From assembly GCA_964199315.1 (NCBI GenBank), contig OZ116704.1, positions 30,256,001 to 30,320,000 of the forward strand: a stretch of DNA of 64,000 nucleotides. The letters run 5' to 3'. The notes below the pieces were generated by a model, which had not been told where the DNA came from, did not search any database, and worked only from the letters and a program-made list of their open reading frames with translations. This document shows positions 48,614 through 61,006 of this stretch, piece after piece (position 1 is the first letter of the stretch; every line of letters begins with the position of its first letter). This DNA comes from Orbicella franksi (lineage: Eukaryota). The position numbers were made by a program, and so were the translations under genes.

Positions 48614-51600
48614 ATGTTGTTCGTTGTTATCTTGCTCTTTACTTTTTGTTATCCGTCCAATGGAGCGAAAATACTCGGTGTGCTGGTATCAGAATTCAAG
48701 AGTCACTACTTAAACATTAGGAATGTGGCCGATGAATTGGCATCGCGGGGTCATGAGGTTTGTAATCCACAGTTTATGTGCCCGTAATACTGAAAATTTG
48801 AATTGATAGGCTTGAGAAACGTAGAGAACTTCAAACATATTTAACATGTAAGATACATGTTGGGAAAATGTTACGTAACAGTCGAGTACGGTTAGTTTGT
48901 ATGCTGCTCAGGCTAAGAATGCTCATAACTTACTATTCCCTCATAAATTTTAATAGAAAAGCATTTGATAGATTGGTGCACTACAGGTCGTGTGTTTCGT
49001 GATAAAGTAAGCCTAGAGAATCTCATTGACATAACCGAGTGCTGTAAGCATGCAGCTCCAGAGGGAAAGAGACGACCGTAGTCAGTCGTGCGTGAATGTT
49101 GAACCGGGTAACAACCTTTCGATTTTACAGCTACTTAGTCATGCAATATATCTCATATTAACCAAGCTCAGGGAGAGAGGATCGCGAGAGTCGGAACATG
49201 TCACCGATATTCTCACGAGGATTCCGCCGATATCGGCTCGATTTCGTGACCTGTCGCCAGATTTTCAGACACTTCATTTGCCTGCAACACTCATCAACCC
49301 TCGCTTATGTCATAAACAATGGAGTGGAGTAAGCTAACGCAAGCTTACATATGCACTGACGCACAAAGCCACCCTTGCATGACTCCCTAATCTCAACTCA
49401 AAAAGTTGTTTGACTCGCTCATCGTATCCTTATTCGCGTACGGCCTATAGGTCTGAGGACCTGCTTGCCAGAAGTACCTGAATCGAATTGATAACTCGTT
49501 CTGTAAACAAGCCTACCAATACGGATATTCAACCAAGACTGACTTCAAAATATGTTCATCTTATTGCTATACATAAGACTGTAGATTATAAATTGCATGT
49601 ATTCATCTTGCTTTCATTCAGGATTTGACTGTAAAGACTCGCGTCTGCTTGATCTGACGTTTTTCAATGACAAAAAATGTTATTATTATTATTGTTATTA
49701 TTATTATTATTCAAATAATGTTTTTCACCTTAACATTTACCTTTTTTTGTTTTCTATTGCCAGGTCTCTATAGTTGTTCCATCTGTCCTGCCGTTTACTC
49801 CATCACCCTCGTTTAGGCATTCTACTTATAAATTTCCTTTCGGCAAGGATCACTTGGTAAACACTTTTGTTCCGAAATCGCATAATCTATCTTTTTTCGA
49901 GGGTGCAGAAGACAACAAAAGGTGGATGGACTACTTTTTCATTTCATGTAGAGCTCTGCTGAGTCACGTTCAACAGCACAAGGATGAACTAAAGAAGTTT
50001 GACTTGATGTTTTGTGATTCACCTCCAGAATGCGGCGCTGTCGTCTCTGAAATCCTTCGACTGCCGAGGATTGACATCAAACCTGCAGGTTTTGGGATGA
50101 GATTTAATCTAGTTCTAAGTGTGGTTTCTTATATCCCGTGGATATTTTCATCTAACAGTAATCAAATGAGCTTTTTCGAGCGGGTTGAAAACTTGTTTTA
50201 TCACACACTGATTTCAGCCTCATCTTGGAGCTATTACGCGCGCTACGACGGACTCACGGTAGAATTCGGCGAAGGAGGCGAAAGATCTTTCCAGGAAGCA
50301 ATTAATATGGCGGAGATGACCATCATCATGGGTCACTTTGCTCTGGAATATCCTCAGCCAATTTTGCCAGGTAAGAGCCAATGAATAACTGACCGCATGA
50401 CAAACCGTCAAACACACATCCGAGCCCCCAGCTCTATTTAAACTGAGTGACGAAGGCTTCGACACCGATCGTGCCCTCTAAATCGCGGCCGTAAGCAATG
50501 CCTATCCTTTTTTCTGGACGAATAATGTCTCGCAGTCTACTCAATCTCAATCGAGTGAAGAATAATTTCATGTAAGGAATCTATCCTCTGACTATTTGCT
50601 TTTAAGACCCTCAAAGCTAGATTCCGTGAACAAACATATTTAACGATTTTTTTCCCCCAGATCTTTTCTGCTGACCTGTTGTACAAGGTATATCAGAATT
50701 CCCAGAGACCTAACAAGCCGCACAAAGGTATTGAACTTTACTGTCACATTCACACTACAACGTTTCTGTTTTGAATCACAGCCACAAAATTAGTGGGACC
50801 ATTGACAATCAAACCCACAAATCCACTTCCTAAGGACCTGGAGCAGTTTGTCGACGGAGCAGGAGACAAAGGCATAATCCTGTTTGCATTAGGAACACTC
50901 GGGGACGTCGTATTGAAGAAATACCAGGTAGACATGTTGGCCGAAGCCTTTGGGAGACTGGAGCAGAGAATCATATGGAGATTGAAGGGTAAGTTTATAA
51001 ATGTGATCACTGCATTGCAGCCTAACTCCCTCTCTGCCCTCTTTTTGTAAACTTACAACACCCTCTACCATACAAAATTCAATCTCCTTATACCCACTGA
51101 CTTCAGTGATGACTTGAGAGCCCATTAATTTGAGGATTCTGATACATAACATCATTAGAGCCACAAAGGTCGCCAGAGAATGTACTGCCTTTATATATAA
51201 ATATGTTTTGTATACACCAATGTGATAACGCTGCCCCCAAAATGATCAAAGATTTTGTCAAACTAGGCAAGCATTTTCTGGTACATAAAACGTCACTTGC
51301 TGATTTGCATAAGACACGAAAGGAATTGGACAGTGCTTGTCACCGAAGCAGAATTTCCAGCAGTCTAGAATTTTCTACCCCTACACTCCACCCTTACTTT
51401 ACTATTATATCCAACAATTGTTTGGTCCAGGATCGTGCGACGAAGGTCCTCTGTTTCCTGTATTTGAATTGAAAGAGTACACAAGGTTTCAGTCATTGGA
51501 GATTTCACGAGATTCTAAACGTTGATGGGCGATAATATGACTAGTGAAATTTATCCCCATTCACCCCTCTTTAAGGTCGAGGGGGTGAGGGGGGGTAGGG

Positions 51601-52550
51601 GGGGGTGGGATTTACCTCTTAAGGAGATTATCTCTGTCTTCTTTTTAAGTTTTCTCGGACTCTAAAATATTTTTCTTTTCTAAAGGATATATTCCAGACG
51701 ATCTTTCCTCGAACATCAAAGCTCTACCATGGATTCCACAGAATGACTTATTGGCCCATAACAGCACCAAAGCTTTCATATCACACACAGGTCACAACAG
51801 CTTATATGAAGCAGCTTTTTATGGTGTGCCATTGGTTTGTGTGCCTATTTTTGCTGACCAGCTTAGTAACTGCGTCCAAGCCCAATCGGTCGGCATAGCA
51901 ATTGGTATCGATATAAAAACTGTGACTGGTGATGAAATATACCATTCAATAAGGCGAATTCTCGAGGAACCAAGGTAATTTTATTCCTTGCATTTCATTT
52001 CATTTCATTTCATAACCTCTAGAGATCTTATAGAGACCAGGCAAGATTTTCCAGTTTTATCAACTGAATCTAGAAAATCATCTTTCATCTTCTTTTTTTG
52101 AGAGCCGAGGATGCCGTGAAGTTGTGAGATCATTCACCGCTCTGCGCCTCCATATCAAAATACCTGAACAAAACGGAGTTCTAGTTTTAAACACACCGTT
52201 TATTGCAAATCCATCATCATCCGTTCCCCTAATATTTCTGCAACCTTAATTTCTTTTTAAGATTCAAGGGTAATGCTACACGCATCTCGCGATTGTTGCG
52301 TGACAATCCGCGAACTTCACTCCAGCAAGCCGCTGACTGGATTGAACATGTCCACAGACACAAAGGCGCCAGGCACCTCAGACCTGAAGTGTATAATCTC
52401 CACTGGTACCAATATTACCTCCTGGATGTACTTGCATTTCTCTTAACTGCGCTTTTTGCATTTTGCATCGCAGTGAGAATGCTGTTTAGACTGTTGTGCC
52501 AGATTGTTACCAAGCGTGCAAAGGGCGATAAGGTTTCGAAGCAAGAATGA
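48614..52550 (+). CDS. UDP-glycosyltransferase copy 4, 511 aa
   Basis: Exons 48614-48757, 49764-50370, 50782-50988, 51686-51974 and 52262-52550, all in frame. It has KSHY, the signature ...PIFADQ, a TM helix and the tail KGDKVSKQE. Confidence 0.94.
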
Positions 52551-54406
52551 GAACTGTGCCTGATTAATAAGCTCAGTTAAAAAATGTGGGCAACAACTTT
52601 TAATTGTTGCTTTTTTCTTTGTAATTAGAATGCTCTTTAGACTGTTATGCAAGATTGTTGCCAAGCAAGCAAAGGTTGCTTGTAGTTCCAAAGAAGACAT
52701 AAGCCTTTAGGCCGTTTCGAGAACATAATTATTGCCATATGAATTTTTAGCATTTTAACCCTACCTACCCTATTACACCTCATTTAAGTCTATTTTAGAA
52801 ATATTAAGGCAAACACGCAGTTATGGTGATTTCGTCAAAAGCCATCTTATTGCAACTCTCGCAGTTTGGCGCAGCTAAAAGTTTGGATAACTTGCGTGGA
52901 ATGTAAACATTTACATTGTAGCATTTATATTAGGATTCATGCAAAGTCACCCACTGATATGAGGGCAAGATCAAATAAACAACATTTGGATCCAAAAATA
53001 AATAGGGAAAGCTCAAATAAAATGGAAGAAAATTACAACAAATAAAAGTGGCAAGTGATGGTGGCCTGAAAGAGTATAGAACATACTTCATTTATTCCAG
53101 AAGCAAACTACACATAAAATTCAAAACTGGAAATAAGGAAAAAAAGGGAAAGATGCTTCTAGAAAAGGAAGTCAAGAGCGGGTTATCCCTGTATGTTGTG
53201 GAAGAGTCTATCGACAAGTAATCAAGGGAAAGACTGTAAACTGTAAACAATCGAAACGTGTTGAATCAGGTAAATCGATCAAATACTTTTCTAATTAACG
53301 ACAACTGGGAAATACAGAACGTTTTGAGATAAAGAACTTTGTAAATCCATAAAACGAAATGGAAATGGGCCTTTTTTTCTTTGTTTTCGAAAGATAAATT
53401 TTAAACAGCATTAAAACACGATCTAACATCGGTACTGATGAGGTTAAAAACTAGCTATAAAATTTTAGTATTTTCTTCGAACTGATCTCTTAGCTCTGGC
53501 ATAACTAAAAAACTGGTACTTGACGACAAAAGAGAGGCTTTTTCCATGAAATAAAGCAAAAACTACAGAAACACCGTGACCAAACAACTGCGTGTGATGC
53601 AAACAAAGTGAGCTTTGAGAGGGAAACGAATTAAATAGGCTTCATACTTGAGTAATCGAGAACGTTTTGCGATAATGAGTTTTAGAATGAGTCCTTGTAG
53701 GCAACTAACGATTGTCAAAGTGAGTATTTGTTTCACGGGCTTTCATTTCTCATTACAGTGAAATTACTATCCTATCACTTCACGGATATCATTTTTAGTC
53801 ACGGCTTTATCACACTGATAACCACATATAATATATAATAAATACTTTTTTCATTTAGTGTATACCACACAAGTGAATAGTGCTTTTCGCGCGCTCTGAT
53901 TGGTTAACTCCGAGGTGATTAGCAAGTACTATTCACCTCCAAGCAGCCGGCGCGAGAGATTTAAAAATTTCCGACCGCTTGTCACACATAAAATAAAGTT
54001 TTGGTCTGCTAATTATTCAGCTTGTCTGGTATATACTAAAAAAATTATTCACTTCAGTGTAGGTGAAAGTGATGGATATTTACCGAGCCGCAAGGTATAA
54101 TCACTTTGGGTTCATCAGAGTAATCGGACTGAACAAACACACAGTATACACGGTATACTGAATAGCTAATGCATGCGCGCAGAGCACAAATCACTGTTCA
54201 TTAACATTCACTGGGCGGGAAAATTATTGATGTTTCAATGCTTGAGTAACGAAGCATGCCTGTCTCCGCATTGTGCTGATTACAGGGTATTGTTCTTTCT
54301 TAGTATAAAGAGGATTGGTCTCAAAGGTATAATCACTTTGAGTTCAGAGTAATCGGACTAACAAACTGCTTATCGAAGACAACCTCAGCAGCTTTACCAT
54401 AGCGTC

Positions 54407-56693
54407 ATGACATTTCTGCGTAACTTCTCGATTGCCTGTGCCCTTCTTGGGATGTGTTTAGCAGTGAGCTTCGCTTACGGTAAGAGCTTACACACAGGTA
54501 CAGATATTTGAGGCAGAATTCGTTTCACGATAATATGCGCGCGAAAGATTTGGTGTTGATACAATGACGGTTATTCTGCAAACATGGTCAACGCCTTTTA
54601 GATATTAGTGCATCTTAGCAAGAGCTAACTGTAAATGTGTAGAGTATAGGATGGCCTGATCTGATCTTTTATATCGCCACAATGTGACGTTCATCATAAG
54701 CGTGACCCCTAAGAAAAACACACACACTTTTCCAAAATTCAAACGGCGGTACGTTTTTGTCATGATAAACAAGTCGTTTTCTCTTTATACGTTTGATGCG
54801 TTAATGCGTATTTTTTACGATTGCAATTGCCCGTTCGCTCTATCGGGTCCGTAGCTAGTACGCCGGAGGCAGGAGGCAGCGTGGAGGCAGCGTGGAGGCA
54901 GCGTGGCCGAGTGGTTAGGGCGCCCGACTTGAAATCCGGAAGTCGCAGGTTCAAGTCTCGTTCTGACCACTTAGCTGGAGTTGTTTCTCGGTAGACCCTA
55001 GTTCAACTCCTCGGTCATGCTTGTAAATAGCCAACTGGTCTGCCTTCCGCCGGTTGGGATTTTTAATCCTATTACGTTTAGTTGATATATTTGTTTCCTT
55101 CATTTAAAGTGGCATGCCTGTGAACTAGCTAGGTGTAGCTAAGCGCATTGACCACTATAAACAACAACATTTGAACATTTGAACGCCATCATAAACGCCC
55201 TGAAAACCTTGGATGAGAATTTTTGCATGCCTCAGTCATAATTTTAACTCAATTAGCGGCTAAATAAACGCTTGTAACTTCCAGAACCAGATCTGGACAA
55301 TATGTGCAATGTCCGTTACCGTAACATTGGCTGCTACAACGACTTTCACATGAGGCAACGACCCCTACCTGATCGATTGTCGCCCAAAGAGTCAGAATGT
55401 CTGAAGCTGAGAGACCTCAAGGTGATACTGAATAACGAGACACTGATGAAAGCCTGGAACGACAACATGTATGAATTTGTTTGCCGCTGTGCTGAGGCGG
55501 CAAAGAAAGAGAAGTACAACTTCTTCGGGGTGCAAAATTGTGGTAAGTTACCGAGATCTTGCATGCTACGCCTATGAATTTTGTCGATGATTTTAATTTG
55601 TTTCTCGCGGAGCAGACGGCCAAAATTAATTCCAATCAATTGGTCTGGTGCGCTTAGAAATCCAGAGCGGTGTTGTGAGTTAGACATCAAGTACAACGTC
55701 GTCCCTCTTTCGTCCGTCGAGCCTAACCGTGAATAAACCGCGACGAAAAAAACGGACAGCGACAGAGCCGTAGTCTATTGCGAGTGGTTAATTCTTTCAC
55801 ATCTGCTATCACCGGTGAAGTTTACCTGAACAATATCGCAGACAATGATGGCTTTGTTTCCTGGATCAACTATTGACGATGTAAAGAGTTAACGTTGTCA
55901 TATGCATATTGACAAAAGACGCTGCAAAATGCATTCATTTCAACATGTCCCTAAAGGATTAAAAAAAACCCACAATTTGTGATAATTGGTTTTAATATAA
56001 ATAAATACTTTGCCGACACGGGACAGAGAACCGGGTGCGAGCGTAGTATGCTTAGGCTCATGGTTGGTACGCTTGTAAAAAGAGACAGTTGAGAAACTTG
56101 TGACATTTTACGGTCAGGCTTGCCTCTCGCAACTTCGGACAAGGTTTATATTTTGTTCTTGTTATGTAAATAGTGCTATCTAATTTATCTTTCATTCTGT
56201 TGTTAGTATAATAAACTTTAAACCCAAAGGTAGCGCCACTGCGTTTGGTCGGGGGTCATAGTTCCTATTTTTCCATATTAGAAGCTTTTGGGGTCGATGT
56301 GCCCCTCTTTGACGCACGTAGGATGTGTTTAGATGTACCTTTTATCCACTTTGCTCGAATCTTATGTTGTCAATTAAAACCGTCATATCTTAGGCGTGGC
56401 TGACCAACGCGCCCATGCCTTAGAACCTTGGAGTGTGAGCGGTTGTCAACTCGCTAACTGTCATCTAGTCTATGCGCGGTTCAAAATTATTTGAGAAAAA
56501 AATTTTTTTGTTCTCTTCCTTAATAGGCGAATGCTGGGCCGCAAAAGGAGAATTTCTGGTGAATGTGAATGGTTTAAGTGATCAGTGTTTGACTTACGAC
56601 GCGGAGGATTGTGCCTTGAACTCCAAAGTATGTGTTGGAGAGAAATACACCATTTACGCGTACAGTGTTGTAGCCAGTCGATTTGGAAAGTAA
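54407..56693 (+). CDS. Secreted cysteine-rich WSC-like domain protein, 165 aa
   Basis: Exons 54407-54479 (signal peptide MTFLRNFSIACALLGMCLAVSFAY, donor G|GTAAGA), 55285-55542 (IGCYND...RPL...CRCA...FFGVQNCG) and 56527-56693 (ECW...CVG...YAY). Both introns are phase 1. Confidence 0.8.
54865..55185 (+). mobile_element. tRNA(Ser)-derived SINE of a second family, in intron 1 of the WSC-like gene
   Basis: Head GGCAGCGTGGCCGAGTGGTTAGGGCG...CTTGAAA...GGTTCAAGTC has A and B boxes but no paired acceptor stem. It has a unique body and a short ACATTTGA repeat tail. Confidence 0.75.
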
Positions 56694-57453
56694 AATTAAA
56701 GGATCATTGCTTTCATGAAAGCTTTCAGTGTATTGTAGTCCTTGTGTGATTTTGTTTTTCTTATTATATAGTTACACCAAGTTACACTATGACGCTTGGG
56801 GAAACACTCCAACGGATCGGAATTAATAAGAAATGCGCTCATGTCATCTCGCGTACGGAGAGGAAGGAAGGAAGGATTTACAGCCGTTGTGGTTTTCTTA
56901 AACTCTCTGAAATAATATCGATTCCCGGACGCGATGTTTACGTTTGATAGCCGTCAACGCTGATTTTTGTCGTCATGGGACCCGTCATTTTTAACCAATC
57001 AGAATGCTGCGTTCATGGGCGAACGCGCTGTACTCGAAAAATAATGCTTTCCGTGCAGGCTCTCATTTCTCGTGTCAAGCTCCTCACGGGCTATCTTCCG
57101 TCGCCGACTCGTCTCTCGTGGCTTCTCCTTGCTCGTGCCGCGGCCCACGAGAGCCTGGGATGGAGGGAGTGGGGGAGGGAAAGGTTAAAGGAGAAAAAGG
57201 AAAACGGTTTCAATGTTTTTCTCCGCGCAAAAAGAAATACTGTGTCAGTTCCCGCTCTCAGATTCCCCTACCCGCTGCTCCACGCCTCTGACCGAGCTAT
57301 TAACAAAGTTCATACTACAGAAATCATTGCAAGAAAATAAATTTATTTCGTGCAGTCTTCAGGTACCTAACAGTGCTAAAATATGTCAGTATGATAAAGA
57401 GACCCTAACGCTACTGTGTTCAATATCAACTTTCCGGCCGCTGCCTGTATTCA

Positions 57454-59303
57454 TCACTGCCGAACATTGTACACGAAGAGACTAAATCCCTCGCCAACAC
57501 ACAAACTGGATGAAACTGTGCATGGTTCGTAGTCGGAAGACATACAACCCTCCCCCAAGCCGTCGATGTTGAAAGTGAATTCTTCCGAAGCCCAGCATTC
57601 CCCTGAAATTAAATAAAAAGAACAGTGAATAATTGGAAAGCCTATCCATATACCGGCCGCTTTATGTGGGTGGCAGAAAGTAGGCAGCAGAGTGGTGTAA
57701 AGTTTTTGTCTAACTATGGGTCTCAGCGGTTCTTTTCCAGTTCTATTTCAGTTCCATATCAAATTCGCAATATTGTCTTCTGGGATGCACGCATGCATAT
57801 TTAACGTACCATCTTAGAGAACCTGGCGATTTTACTAAAAACTCTGAGCTGGATCTAGCTGAACTCACTGTTTATGATCTTGTAGGTTTACTTCACAACC
57901 ATACCGTAAAACTGCAGTCCAAAAAACATGTAGCCCTGAGCCTTCGCTTGTTCGGCACAACGGCACACAACATCCTTCATGTACGAGTCCAGATTCTCCC
58001 AATCAATTCGTTTGCCGCTAAATTTGTACGATTTAGGATCGCGGTCGGTGAAAAGCAGATTCGACAGTGGACGATGGCCTCTTGCATGTTTATCGTTGTA
58101 GCAACCGAGTTTTAAGTAGCTGGCACCACAGGACACTATCAAAGAAAAGAAAATGTACTTTAGCCAACTAAATTTTAGAAGTAAAAAGTCTGGTTTCCCT
58201 TAGCAGAACTTGGAAAAATTAACCTGTATTGATTATACTAACAACAAGTTTGTTGAGGATGGGTTGACAAGTAAAACAAAATACTTCTTAGTAACATAAT
58301 TCGTATCCTTGCAAATTACAACTATTTGTTCTAAAATATTAATTTTATAACCTGCGATACGCCAGAACACAAAGTGAACGCAAAGGTATGACCAACACTG
58401 AGTCAGACTGAAATCTCCCACCAAACTTCTTGATATATAGTTCGTAACTTATCTAATGACGCGAGCCTCTTTATCTTGCCGCCAAATATTAATTTCTGGC
58501 TAATTGGCTGTGCCCGCTAAATTACATAGTTCATGATCAGTTGTTATGATCATAGAGATTATCAAGAAAAGTTAAATAAAAGTTCTAAAGGCTTGGAATT
58601 TATTTACACTTCATTATAACTACATGCCTAAGGTATACGATTTTTGTGGGGAATTTTTAAGCTGTGACCAGCTATAACCGGCGTTGTTTCATTATTTAGG
58701 AATTGAAAAAAAACCAAAACAAAACTAAACTAAACAAAACAAAACGACAGAAAAAAAAAAAAAAAAAAACGAAAGAAAGGAAAACATGGCGTGCGTAGAA
58801 TTGTTTGTATAACTCGTTGCTTCCATCAGCTTGTTCACCGACTTATCACTTCAAATAACAAATAAAGCACTCTCTTACTTTTACAACTAAAAATAATTAT
58901 TTACGTTAGAATTCGGGTTCATCTACGGGGTCACGAAAACCATTTTGGAAAATCATTTTGGTTAAGTTTGGGCGCCAAACAAAATTCATTTCACATCTTA
59001 GGACAAATATACTCAAGCCAGTAAACAATTCACCTATTGTTAGCCTACAGCTTAAGTAACTTGTAAACGACCCTGTTTCCCAAATTTATTGCAGATTCCT
59101 CTAAATTTCTTTAATTGAATCAGCAAATAGTTGATTGCGACAACACGGGCGAAGATCGGGTGCTTTGTAGTATTTTTCTGCATGGATATACATTCTAGAA
59201 AGGATGTTTCCTTACCGTAGCGTTTTCCAGGATATGCTAGCGCTTCCGCCATAAACAGTATCCCACAAAAGACGAAAGCCACATATAAAGCACTGGAAAG
59301 CAT
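57454..59303 (-). CDS. Secreted cysteine-rich WSC-like domain protein, 155 aa
   Basis: Exons 59303-59216 (signal MLSSALYVAFVFCGILFMAEALA, donor G|GTAAGG), 58135-57905 (LGCYND...RPL...IDW...CRCA...GYMFFGLQFYG) and 57602-57454 (ECWASEEF...CVGEGFSLFVYNVRQ*). Both introns are phase 1. Confidence 0.85.
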
Positions 59304-59760
59304 TTTTCAATAATTCTTTCTCAGAGAGTGGTCTACTTTCCAACTCGAGTTCGGTCTGTAAATGGCCGGGGTGTACTTCTATTCTCTACATAAAATGCTT
59401 GTTGTTCGGAGATTCTGATTGGCTCTGGCCCTGTCAGCCTTCCAGATTTGGGCATTGTTATCCGTTAATCTAGTGAACACTTGAAACAGCACTGTCAGGG
59501 CCTAAGGGGCCTAGTTTGTTTCCCCATGTTGATAAACATCACCTCCAAAAATAAAAGGCGCTTAAAATTTAATGTTACTTGGGGAAGACGGCAAAAATCG
59601 ACGCCTCTATAACAGTATACCTTTGCTTTGAAGTTCCAACGAACTAAGTAACTTCTCTCTTAATGAAACCCTTGTCGTTTGCTTCACTGTTAGATAATCT
59701 CAATTTTGGCGCCAAACTTCGGCCCTCAAAAACGGGGTAAAATGGTCGAGGGAAAAAACA

Positions 59761-60172
59761 ATGCAAATGAACCTCTCCACTATGGCCCCCTTGGGGACAC
59801 AGGGAATTAGTGGTTGTAGAGAGGTGCCGGACCGTTATGGGGAGGTAGGTGTGTGACATGACGCTGTGTTTTCGGGGGTGCAACATTACTTTTCTTTTAA
59901 AAATGTTTATTTTGGAGACCAACGAAGCGTGGTACAGATCAAGTTTGGTGACCTTTTACAATGAAAAAAGTGGGGTTTTGTATACACCGTTCGTCAGTCA
60001 GTGGTTAACTGGCTTTTGTCGAGAGGCTATTTTATCGGTCGGGACGCGTTTTATTGGCTGTTGCCTTTTTGAAGGTGGCCGTTGTAGAGAGGTAAAAATA
60101 AGAGTGAATGTATGGACTGTCCGTCGGGACCATGGCCGTTGATGAGAGGTGACCGTTAATGGAGGTTGACTG
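59761..60172. mobile_element. Probable pogo/Tc1-type MITE
   Basis: Right end GGAGGTTGACTG|TA with repeated GGCCGTT...AGAGGT motifs. The left end is degenerate. Confidence 0.45.
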
Positions 60173-61006
60173 TAGTATTCTAGGTCAATGTTCGTGTGTG
60201 ATGATTGTTATTTACCCAAGGTTTGAAATTTGATGTACCAAAATAGGCGTGCTGTTGAGCAGTTTACAATATCACCAATCGTCCGCGAGAAGAGCATATT
60301 TTTCTTTTCCTTAAGAAGCTGGACTTCGTGAACTGCTTCTGGGTAAAATGCATGTTAGAGGATACATAAACGCACACCAAGCGAGACATTACAGTTCTCA
60401 TCTAAACACTTGTATTATATAAGAAAATCGTGTAAAGGGTTAGTTTTCCAGTCGACACAAATTTTATTGTAGGATGTTAAATTACACAAGACCAGCCTGA
60501 TAAATAACGTCATTTGAGTTGTGCCGTTATATATGTAAAAGACACTGCACTATCAGGTAATATTTACTTCCATTTCTGATATTTCTCTGTACAATTCTTG
60601 CCGTGGAACGAGCTATTGACTACAGAACATTTCTGTCATTATTTCGGCTCGCTAAATTCTGACTTCCATTCAGGTCTCGGGATTGTCCAAAATCTCCTTG
60701 GCTCTACTCTAAATGGATTGCTAAACACGTCATGTTATTTGCACTGAAATATCGCAATTTACAATAAATTATCTTTCATAGGACCTGGAGTTGATCTTAT
60801 AGCGCAGGTTAAAGTGAAACAAGTAAACAAAACAAGGATAAAGACATTTGGACGTGTGGTCATCGTTCGAAATAGTTTCCAGTTTCCCAAAGCGTATTTC
60901 TGGCAATTTCTAACAAGATGTAACTTGTTCTTGGTAGCTATTTGCAAGAAAGATCTCTAGATATCAGCCACGAATTACGAAAATAAAATTCCGCCATTTT
61001 TTCCCC

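Noticed and set aside
54230-54326. Alternative first exon (MFQCLSNEAC...) for the plus-strand WSC-like gene
   Set aside because: It has no signal-peptide character and a weak donor. 54407-54479 has a clear signal peptide and a GTAAGA donor.
54895-54970. tRNA-Ser(TGA) gene
   Set aside because: The acceptor stem does not pair, there is no long variable arm, and it runs into a SINE body and tail.
60759-60947. Short ORF with a signal-peptide-like stretch (MTTRPNVFILVLFTCF...)
   Set aside because: It lies in the expected ACADVL 3' UTR, has no good donor and has no paralog.
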